Position numbers and translations under genes: made by a program. A DNA stretch of 64,000 nucleotides, taken from Thecamonas trahens ATCC 50062. Its lineage: Eukaryota; Protista; Apusomonadida. The DNA lies in NCBI RefSeq assembly GCF_000142905.1, contig NW_013657646.1, positions 326,531 through 390,530 on the forward strand. The letters are read 5' to 3'. Below are positions 55,870 through 64,000 of the stretch, one piece after another (position 1 is the stretch's first letter; the number at the start of each line of letters is the position of its first letter). Below the pieces are notes generated by a model. The model ran no database searches. It saw nothing but the letters and a program-made list of their open reading frames with translations, and was not told the origin of the DNA.

Positions 55870-57258
55870 ATGCTTGCGTTGCGAGCGGCAACGAGGGCGG
55901 CGATGGGGACGGCGGGGCGGCGGCTGGCGTCGTCGGCGGTGGAGATGCCCAAGGTACAGGTGCCCAAGCTAGACGAGGTAGTCAAGATGTGCAGGGATAA
56001 GGGCTTTGCAGCGGCGTCGGCCGGAGGATACGGTGGGGCGCGCGGGTGCTACGACTACCTCCCGCTCGGGGCCGAGCTGAAGCGCAAGGTGCAGCAGCGG
56101 TGGTGGCGCGAGTTTGTGGAGAAGCGGATGGGAGTGCACGGGGTGGAGACACCGATTCTGACGCTGCCACGGGTGTTGGAGGCTGCGGGGCATGTGGAGC
56201 ACTTTGGCGATCCGCTTATCTCGTGCGCAGGCTGCGGGGCGCCGCTGCGGGCCGATGCCGGCGGCGCGTGCACCGGGTGCGGCAAGAAGAAACAGCCGGC
56301 TGGGGCGAGCGACGCGGCAACGATGTTCAATCTGTTGTTTGAGACGGCGGCCGGGGCCGGCGAGGCCAAGCGGAGCATGTATCTGCGGCCCGAGACGGCG
56401 CAGGGCATGTTCACCTCGCTCAACGAGACGGTCCGCGCGCTGCGGATTGCGCAACTGCCGTTTGGCGTGGCGAGCATGGGCAAGGCCTTCCGCAATGAGA
56501 TCTCGCCGCGCGAGTTCCTGTTCCGCGTCCGCGAGTTTGAGCAGGGTGAGGTCGAGTGGTTCGTGGCGCGCGACGAGGCCGATGCAGCCTTCCACGAGTG
56601 GCTCAACTTTTCGCACCAGTGGCTTGTCCGCCTCCTCAACCATCCGCACCAGCTCCTTCGCGTCGAGCATCACGATGCCGGCTCGCTGGCGCACTACGCG
56701 CGGGCGACGGCCGACATCGAGTTCAAGTACCCGTTCGGGTGGGGCGAACTGTGGGGCGTGGCTGACCGCGGGCAGCACGATGTTCAGGCGCACGCGGCAG
56801 CGACGGGCGACAAGGTTCCGGCGCTTCTCGACGACGCAGTGGTCATCGAGCCGTCTGTCGGCTTTGACCGCCTTGTCTTTGCGCTGCTTGTCGACGCCAT
56901 GGCCGTCCGCGAGGGCTCGGACGACGCCGAGCGGAGCGTGCTGCGGCTGGACCCGGCGATTGCGCCGGTGACGGCGACAGTGCTCCCGCTGGTGGCCAAG
57001 GACGAGGAGCTTGTCAAGCATGCCAAGGTCCTTGCCACCGGACTCTCAACCGTTATCGGGAGCGTCAGCTACGAGGCCTCGGGCTCTGTGGGCAAGCGCT
57101 ACCGGCGCGCCGACTCCATCGGCGTCCCGTTCTGCGTCACTGTCGACGCACAGAGCCTCAACGACCAGACGTACACACTCCGCTTCCGTGACACCATGCT
57201 CCAGGAGCGGGTGGACGTCAATGATCTCGTGGCGCGGATCTCAGAGGCGACGCGATAA
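55870..57258 (+). CDS. Mitochondrial glycyl-tRNA synthetase, compact alpha2 (GlyQS-like) type
   Basis: Arg/Ala-rich presequence; YDYLPLGAELK, LRPETAQG, GKAFRNEISPR..FRVREFEQ, ELWGVADR, VIEPSVGFDR and SVGKRYRRADSIGVPFCVTVD motifs. Confidence 0.93.
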   Translation: MLALRAATRAAMGTAGRRLASSAVEMPKVQVPKLDEVVKMCRDKGFAAASAGGYGGARGCYDYLPLGAELKRKVQQRWWREFVEKRMGVHGVETPILTLPRVLEAAGHVEHFGDPLISCAGCGAPLRADAGGACTGCGKKKQPAGASDAATMFNLLFETAAGAGEAKRSMYLRPETAQGMFTSLNETVRALRIAQLPFGVASMGKAFRNEISPREFLFRVREFEQGEVEWFVARDEADAAFHEWLNFSHQWLVRLLNHPHQLLRVEHHDAGSLAHYARATADIEFKYPFGWGELWGVADRGQHDVQAHAAATGDKVPALLDDAVVIEPSVGFDRLVFALLVDAMAVREGSDDAERSVLRLDPAIAPVTATVLPLVAKDEELVKHAKVLATGLSTVIGSVSYEASGSVGKRYRRADSIGVPFCVTVDAQSLNDQTYTLRFRDTMLQERVDVNDLVARISEATR

Positions 57259-57424
57259 AGGTAGCGAAAGTGCGCGGGAGTGCTCGGCTGGCGGCGGGCG
57301 GTTAGCAGAGTCCGGTGGGGCGGCAGCCACTTGGCTCTGGACTTGCGGCCACAGAGGCCAAAGAGGCGGCCAACGGGAGAGGACACACAACGTTGGCAAA
57401 GACAAGGAGCATAGAGGCAAGAAC

Positions 57425-58504
57425 ATGCAAGCGAGCGGTAACCGGAGGTCGCGGCTTGGGAGCCGGGGGCTGGGCTCGCACCCGTCGCGGAGCTCGCTCC
57501 ACGGGAGCAGCCACAACAGCCACAACTCGTCGCGGTCATCTGCGGCGCTCAACCGGAGCGCAACAGCGGGGGCGGACGGGCGCGGAGGGCGGCGGAAGCG
57601 GAAGAAGAAGCGGCGTGGCGGCGGAGGCGATGATGGATCTGGGTCGGACGGCGAGGACGAGGGCGGGCGGGCGGGCGCGTCGCTGCCCAAGGTCGATCGG
57701 TCCGAGGTCATTTCGTGCATGCCTGGCCTGGTCTACGTCCCGGACTTTATCAACTCTGCCGAGCAGGACTCGCTGGTCAACGAGGTGGATAAGCGGCGGT
57801 GGAGTGGCGGCGAGGAGCGGGTGGTGTCGCGGTCGCGGGCGAGCGGCGGCGGGGCGCCGATCAAGACCAAGGTCAAGATTGTGACCCGGCGGGAGCAAGA
57901 GTATGGCTTTACCTACGATGAGGAGCGGCACTCGCTGGCGGTGCTCGACGACGCGCTGCCACCGTTCTTTGAGCTCCTCACCAAAAAGTTCGACTTGCAC
58001 TCCAAGACCGAGCTGGAAAAGTCGTTGCCGCGGCGGTACGGGTTCAACCAGGTGACCGTTCGCGAGCTGATGCCCGGGCAGGGAGTGGCGCCATACACCG
58101 AGAAGCCGTACGCGTACGACGAGGTCATCTGCTTGGTCTCGCTTGTCTCGGCGTGTAAGATTGACTTTGTCAACGTGTGTGACTCGCGGGTGTTCTCGGT
58201 TGTTGTCGAACCGGGCTCGCTGCTGGTCATCTCTGGCGAGGCGCGGTATCGGTGGATGTACGGGGTCTCGCCAGCGCGGGTCCACACCTGCGGGCCTAAG
58301 ACCATCACGCGGCGGAGATACATCTCGTTTACCTTTCGCAAGGCGCTCTCCGTCCTCGCCAGCCTCGTCCAGCCGGAGGAGGATCCCGAGCTGGTGCCGA
58401 CGAGCTCGTGGGGCCGTCTCAGCCACTCGATGCTGGACGACGCGGCCAAGCCCGGGGTTCCTATTGTTGATGCGGGCGGCGACGCTGCCGGGCCGTCGCA
58501 GTAA
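57425..58504 (+). CDS. AlkB-family (ALKBH8-like) 2OG-Fe(II) dioxygenase fold with degenerate metal ligands
   Basis: PGLVYVPDFINSAEQ, RREQEYGFTY, PGQGVAP, SLLVISGEARYRW and ISFTFRK motifs; basic NLS-like N-terminus. Confidence 0.82.
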   Translation: MQASGNRRSRLGSRGLGSHPSRSSLHGSSHNSHNSSRSSAALNRSATAGADGRGGRRKRKKKRRGGGGDDGSGSDGEDEGGRAGASLPKVDRSEVISCMPGLVYVPDFINSAEQDSLVNEVDKRRWSGGEERVVSRSRASGGGAPIKTKVKIVTRREQEYGFTYDEERHSLAVLDDALPPFFELLTKKFDLHSKTELEKSLPRRYGFNQVTVRELMPGQGVAPYTEKPYAYDEVICLVSLVSACKIDFVNVCDSRVFSVVVEPGSLLVISGEARYRWMYGVSPARVHTCGPKTITRRRYISFTFRKALSVLASLVQPEEDPELVPTSSWGRLSHSMLDDAAKPGVPIVDAGGDAAGPSQ

Positions 58505-58540
58505 ACTTCAAACGCAGAGCTGGCTAGCCGGCGGGCGGCC

Positions 58541-59434
58541 TCAGCGGCCAGACGCCAGCGCACGCTTGATCGACGCCAGCTTGGCGGCGCGGGCCGAGTC
58601 GTGAGCCGAGTTGCGGAGCGTGCCGGGAACGCGGCCGCCGATGCCTGTCCGCGTCTCGAGGGAGTGGCGGAGGAGCGGGTTTCTCTTGAAAAGTGAGGCA
58701 GTCTTGGCCTTGGAGGCCTGAGACGCGGCGTACATGGCGGCGACGGACGAGCTCTTTGCGGCGGCCTTTGCGGCGCGGCGCTTGGCAGATTGCATGCTTG
58801 CCTTGTGGGCGGCAAACTGCGGGTCGTCAAAGACGGCGTCCGACAGCTGCGGCTCGTCGGCAGGATCCGAACGCTTGTTGAAGAGAAAGAGCGAGATGAA
58901 CTCGGAGCTGGACGGGGCGGTGCACGAGTACATTGGGTCCGACTTGAGCCGCTCGACAAGAGCGCCCAGCTCGGCCCCGTAGCGCGGGTCTTCAGCAGCC
59001 GGCAGCACGTCGGCCGAGCGCGGATGGCCGGTGCGGCGTGATGCCGGCCCGCTGGTCGCTGCCAGGCGCTGCTTGCTTCGACGCGCCTTGAGCCGGGCGG
59101 CGTACGCGTTGCGGCGCGACTGGGTCGTTCGTCCGCGGGCGTGAGCAGTCATGGCGAGCGGCAGTTGCTCCATGGCCTCGAGGGCTGCATGGCGACCACG
59201 CGAAGGCTCTTCTGCCGCCCTGCGCCTCGTCTGAGCCGCCGCCTTCGCAGCCTCGACCTTTGCCGCCTCCTCTGCCGCCGCTTGCGCCTCAACGATGGCC
59301 AGCGCCCGCTCGACCTCGCCAACGGTATGCCCGCCAAGCACTTTGCGAGCCTCAGCGTCATCAGCTGCCTCCCTTGCGGCCGCCAGCCGCTCGGTCACCG
59401 TAGCATAGCCTACAGTACCTCGGCGGGTGTGCAT
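58541..59434 (-). CDS. Hypothetical basic Ala/Arg-rich protein
   Basis: Intact ORF of about 297 codons with host-like codon usage. Confidence 0.65.
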   Translation of the reverse strand: MHTRRGTVGYATVTERLAAAREAADDAEARKVLGGHTVGEVERALAIVEAQAAAEEAAKVEAAKAAAQTRRRAAEEPSRGRHAALEAMEQLPLAMTAHARGRTTQSRRNAYAARLKARRSKQRLAATSGPASRRTGHPRSADVLPAAEDPRYGAELGALVERLKSDPMYSCTAPSSSEFISLFLFNKRSDPADEPQLSDAVFDDPQFAAHKASMQSAKRRAAKAAAKSSSVAAMYAASQASKAKTASLFKRNPLLRHSLETRTGIGGRVPGTLRNSAHDSARAAKLASIKRALASGR

Positions 59435-59789
59435 GCCTTGGGCAGGCGAGGCAGGTGTCTGTCGCCGGGGTTTGGTTTGGTTTGGCTTGGTCTGGTGTGG
59501 TGGCGGCTGTCGGTTGGTGGCGGAGCGTTGGTGGCGGAGCCATTCGAATCGTTCTCCTGGCTGGGTTGGTTGCCTTTGCCATCCATGGGCGCAGTGAACG
59601 GTGGACAAGCGGGAGGAGCACTTGACGCCGCCAAGGAGAGCAAGGGGCTGATTGAGCAAGGACAGGACGTGTGGTGGAGAGCAGTTCCGGCGGGTAGACA
59701 TACGTGAATCGGGTAGTGCGGATTAGGGGCTGTCAGGGCGTGGAGCTGGAGCGAGTTGAGACGAGAGAACAGCTGGACGTGCGCGCGAC

Positions 59790-60992
59790 ATGGAGTCGAT
59801 GCGGCGAATGGTCGGCGAGCGCGTCATGGCAGTGTGCGGGGGCGAGGCAGCGGTGGCAGTGGCGGAGGCAGCGGCAGAGGAAGGGCAGAGGAGGGACCAA
59901 GTCGGTACAAACGAGGCACTCTTGCCGTGGCAGCGGATGGCGGCGTCATGCACCGGAGCGGTGCTGACATCGCTGATGATGACACCGCTCGATGTGGCCA
60001 AGGTGCGGCTGCAGGCACAGTCGCCGACGCCGACGATCTGCGTGGGCAGCACGCCGGCATCGTGCTCGGGATGCTCGCACTACACATACAATAATGGGCT
60101 GATGGAGTTTGTGCGGCCCAAGACGGCGTCGCGGCACGTGTTCTCACCGGTCGGCACGACGCCGTACCTGACGGGCACCATCGACGCGCTGACCAAGATT
60201 GTGCGCTACGAGGGCATGAGGTCGCTGTATAACGGACTGGCACCGACGCTTGTGCTCTCTGTTCCTGCCACGATGCTGTACTTTTCGCTGTATGACGAGA
60301 TGCGACTGCGGCTGGAGCTCGGCCCGGAGTTTGCCCCGTACGCGCCACTGGTGGCCGGCGGGGTGGCGCGGACGATTGCCGTGACTTCCATCGCACCACT
60401 GGAGCTCATTCGGACGCAGATGCAGGCGTCGTCGAACGGCAAGGGACAGCGTGCAGTGCCCAAGGGCATCCTGCCGGCGCTGCGGGCCAACGTGGCCGAG
60501 GCCGGGATGCTCTCGCTCTGGCGTGGACTGGCGCCGTCGCTCTACCGCGACGTGCCGTTCTCGGCAGTCTATTGGTTCGGCTACGAGCGGATCAGGGCCA
60601 AGATGCTTGTGCTGCTCGCGCCGGGCGAGGAGCTGACGGTGGCGACTGCGCCACCAGCGACACTCTTTACCGCCGCGTTTGCGGCCGGCTCGGTGGCGGG
60701 CATGCTGGCGGCGGCGGTGACGCATCCGTTCGACGTGGCCAAGACGCGGCGGCAAATCGAGATGTACATGCCAGACTCGGACGCGCGGCGGGCAAGCAAG
60801 GTGGCGCAGTCGACGTTTCAGCTGCTGGCAGACATGGTGGCGAAGGAGTCGGTCGCGTCGCTCTACACCGGCATCTTGCCGCGTCTGGCTAAGATCGCCC
60901 CAGCGTGTGCCATCATGATCTCGTCGTACGAGCTGGGAAAGCACTTCTTTGCTGTCACCACCGGATACGACGACGCCATTGTTGTCGAGTAA
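59790..60992 (+). CDS. Mitochondrial carrier SLC25A39/40 (Mtm1) family
   Basis: PLDVAKVRLQ, PLELIRTQMQ, PFDVAKTRRQ, RDVPFSAVYW and KIAPACAIMISSYE motifs. Confidence 0.95.
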   Translation: MESMRRMVGERVMAVCGGEAAVAVAEAAAEEGQRRDQVGTNEALLPWQRMAASCTGAVLTSLMMTPLDVAKVRLQAQSPTPTICVGSTPASCSGCSHYTYNNGLMEFVRPKTASRHVFSPVGTTPYLTGTIDALTKIVRYEGMRSLYNGLAPTLVLSVPATMLYFSLYDEMRLRLELGPEFAPYAPLVAGGVARTIAVTSIAPLELIRTQMQASSNGKGQRAVPKGILPALRANVAEAGMLSLWRGLAPSLYRDVPFSAVYWFGYERIRAKMLVLLAPGEELTVATAPPATLFTAAFAAGSVAGMLAAAVTHPFDVAKTRRQIEMYMPDSDARRASKVAQSTFQLLADMVAKESVASLYTGILPRLAKIAPACAIMISSYELGKHFFAVTTGYDDAIVVE

Positions 60993-61101
60993 ATATAAGG
61001 CGGCAAAAGGCGACTTAGAATCATCGTGGACGGCCAGACAAACGTCTCGACTTGGTCTCACCACAGCAGCTGACTCACACGCTCTCCAGCAGATCGAGCT
61101 C

Positions 61102-61440
61102 GGAGAGGAGGAGAGGGAGGAGGGAGAGAAAGCGGAGTGCGCGATGGGATGGTGGTGGGCATGGCCAAGGCATGTGGGTGGAAGTTGTGGCTGGAATGTG
61201 AGTGATGGTGGTGGAGTAGGGGGTGCGGGTAGTGGTTTGTGGTGATGGGGCGTAATGAGTATGGTAGGGGGGAATGACGGGGGTCGTGACGTGGGAGGCA
61301 TGGCGGGCGGAAAGATAGTGGGTATGGCGATTGGGCCTGAGAACTGATGTGGATGGGTGCGATGAGAATGATGGGTGTGTATGGGGCGTGGGGGATGAGG
61401 GTGGAGGGGCTTGGGCGGCAAGGGCGAGGAGGGCGGACGG
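61102..61440 (+). repeat. Subtelomeric ~335-bp diverged direct repeat, copy 1
   Basis: Collinear with 62555-62890 (e.g. gagtgcgcgatg, taatgagtatggtagggggga, gatgagggtggaggggcttgg). Confidence 0.9.
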
Positions 61441-62554
61441 GATTGGATTGAGATGGACGTCGATGGAGACGATGGCTTGGGATTAGAGGAGGAGGCAGAC
61501 CACTGCACTCTAGTCCACCCACGGTATCGCCTATCGCTCGCACTTGCCATCTCTTGTCCTTTCTCGTCCTGGCCAGTCCATAGGCCTCGTCGTCTGGCTC
61601 GGTGATCGGCAGCAGGGGCGGCTGGCGATGGGCAGGCCGGCGGGGGCTGTGATGGGCAAGGCCGGAGGATGGAGGGGAGGATCGGGTTAGAGGGCAGGCT
61701 GGTAGCCATTGCCATTGATCTGGCTATCCACATGCATAGTCTCCAATACCCTATCGATGGCTAGCCTGCTCTCAGTGGTGCCGGAGGTGGTCGGTCGGCG
61801 GCGGGCGGCGGTCGGCGGCGAGCAGCCGGCGGTCGGCAGCGATGCTGTTGACGGGATGGCGTCGGCTGATGTGCGTATTGGGGGCTAGTGAAGTAAATGG
61901 TTATGTTTGCAGAGGCAATAGGTATGTGTGGTGTGGGTGTGGTGGTTGTGGATGGGAATGGTGGGGAGTGGGGGTCGGAGATGGGCCCGGGGCGGGGTGG
62001 TCAGCATCATCGAAACGACACCAGGACAACAAGTTGGGCCCGAGCCGGCGGAACTCGGATTCTGGAATACTGCAACTGTGGATTGGAGACTGTGCAAGGG
62101 GGTAGTGTGTGTAAGTAGTAGGGTAGTAGTGAAATCAGATTGGCCATATCTTGCAATGAGGTTGGTGGGGGGCGTGTGCGGGGTCGGGCGGTCGAGGACG
62201 TCCGCAACCACCTCGGCAAAACAAGTCGACGCGAAAGTGAGCCGAGGTCGATGGGTATCGCTGATAGCGATATTGCTACTGATGATAGTGGACGGTAAGT
62301 GATGACCTTGATTGTGGTCGTGGGTTGCGTAGGTTGTGGTGGGAAGGAGCTAGGTGGTGATGAAGGTGGGCTGATCGCGCGAGCGGGCGACGGCTGGCGG
62401 CTGGTGGTCAGCGAGGCGGGGGCAGCTGAGAAGGCTGGGTCGGGGCTGGATGGCTCGAGATTGCTGTTGGTTGGTGAATAGGCATAAAGGTATGTGGTGG
62501 TTGAGGGGTGGCGGTGTCGTGGGCGAGGATGAGGATGGGGGTGAGATGGAGTGA

Positions 62555-62890
62555 GGAGAGGAGGGGAGGAGGAGGAGGAGGAAGCCGAGTGCGCGATGAA
62601 ATGGTGGTGTGCATGGCCATGGCATGTGGGTGGGGCTTGTGGCTGGAATTATTGTGATATTGGTGGAGTAGGCGGTGAGGGTGGTGGTTTGTGGTGATGG
62701 GGTATAATGAGTATGGTAGGGGGGATGAGGGGGGTCGTGACGTGGGTGGCGTGGCGGGCGAAGCGGTGGTGGGTATGGAGATTGCGGTGGAGGATTGATG
62801 TGGATGGGTAAGATGAGGATGATGGGTGTGTGTGGGGTGTGGTTGATGAGGGTGGAGGGGCTTGGCCGGCAGAGGGAAGGCGGCGGACGT
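62555..62890 (+). repeat. Subtelomeric ~335-bp diverged direct repeat, copy 2
   Basis: Collinear with copy 1 at 61102-61440. Confidence 0.9.
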
Positions 62891-63831
62891 TAATTGAGTT
62901 GAACGTTGAATTAATTGAAGAAAAGCCGGAACCAGCATCAAACGACGCAATGACAGCCAAAACAACAACCAAAGATCATACATGGCTTGCACAGCACACG
63001 TATGAGTAAGCCAACAGGGACTGGACAAAGCTAACAGGCAATGGGATGAACTCGGGTGACGTTGAGGTCGATGAGGCAGGGCGCGGTTGATCGATCAGCA
63101 GATCAACCAAGACCACGACACAACAGGGTCAACACAAAATACATTGCATGCACAACTATTAACCATGACTTACGACAACAGAGTTGAGAATCGATGGTGT
63201 AGTGAGCAACGGTCGATCATGGATGTGGAAGTCAAGGTCGATGCAGACAGGGGAGTCAAGAACGAATGAAGCATGACGAATAATGATACAAAGCAACAAC
63301 AAAGCGAAAGGAATGATGAATGGGAATGCATGTCGATTGTAGTCAACCATCAAAGGCAAGAGCAACCACAACAGAACATGAGGGCAGACGAAAGCAACTA
63401 CAAAGCATGTGGAAACATGAACGGCAAAAAACGAAGAACATGGCCAGCCAGCAACAAGAGAAGCAGAAAGAATCGAATGATCAATTGACAATGATCAACA
63501 ACAATCAATTGAACGTCAAACAATGCAACGAGTTACGAGTGGCGAATCATGAAAATGTTGAATGACATTCATATCACCCACCAACCCGCACATGCCACTC
63601 GGCCGAACAAGTGACACGGGCAAGTGTCAATGGGAGGATGGAGATTGTGAATCAGCATCAAACAATCAATTCACGCCCGTGCGCAGCCATGCGCATGGTA
63701 CGGTGGAGAATGAGTATGGTGGGGTGGGTGGGACTGTGGATGTGGGTCATGGGTGGGACGGGTAGGGGTGGCAAGGGGGCAGTGAGTGGCAAGTAAAGTG
63801 AGTGGTGGTCGGTGGGGAGGTATGGAGTGGG

Positions 63832-63880
63832 GCTAGGGTTGATGAGGCATCAGCTAGGGTTGACGAGGCATCAGCTAGGG
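63832..63880 (+). repeat. 21-bp telomere-junction repeat GCTAGGGTTGAYGAGGCATCA, two full copies plus a partial
   Basis: Direct sequence. Confidence 0.92.
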
Positions 63881-64000
63881 TTAGGGTTAGGGTTAGGGTT
63901 AGGGTTAGGGTTAGGGTTAGGGTTAGGGTTAGGGTTAGGGTTAGGGTTAGGGTTAGGGTTAGGGTTAGGGTTAGGGTTAGGGTTAGGGTTATAGGTTAGG
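63876..64000 (+). repeat. Telomeric (TTAGGG)n array
   Basis: About 19 perfect TTAGGG units with the G-strand running 5' to 3' toward the contig end. Confidence 0.98.

Noticed and set aside
63802-63999. VR- and GL-repeat ORFs
   Set aside because: Translations of the telomeric repeat.
1-64000. CRISPR arrays, tRNA/rRNA genes, transposase or reverse transcriptase ORFs
   Set aside because: None recognised; the repeats lack repeat-spacer structure and the DNA is eukaryotic.

Overview
The window is the terminal 64 kb of a chromosome from a GC-rich, very gene-dense, intron-poor flagellated eukaryote. It ends in (TTAGGG)n at about 63876-64000. An apusomonad such as Thecamonas is a plausible source, but that is inference only. 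I can support about 33 protein-coding loci. These include ciliary genes (CFAP161, IQCB1/NPHP5, TMEM216-like, C21orf58-like), housekeeping genes (MRT4, peroxisomal acyl-CoA oxidase, NDUFA4/B12D, myosin I, ATP6AP2, thiolase, AP-3 sigma, mitochondrial GlyRS, SLC25A39/40, SLC10A7) and signalling proteins (Ank-FERM-LRR, C2-RasGAP-DEP-CH, USP, bHLH). Eight N-gaps sit next to poly-G or poly-C tracts. The best candidate for an undescribed system is a pair of secreted histidine-brace (LPMO-like) proteins about 4.4 kb apart: one is fused to an ependymin lipid-binding domain and the other is GPI-anchored (X325/Bim1-like). Other notable signals are an AlkB pseudoenzyme with both iron-binding His replaced by Tyr, coding-like segments broken by single in-frame stops (including an SH3 domain), a GTACG-dominated 5' splice-site consensus, strand-switching G/C-tract domains, and head-to-head transition-zone genes. 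All family calls come from motif recognition by eye; no database searches were run.
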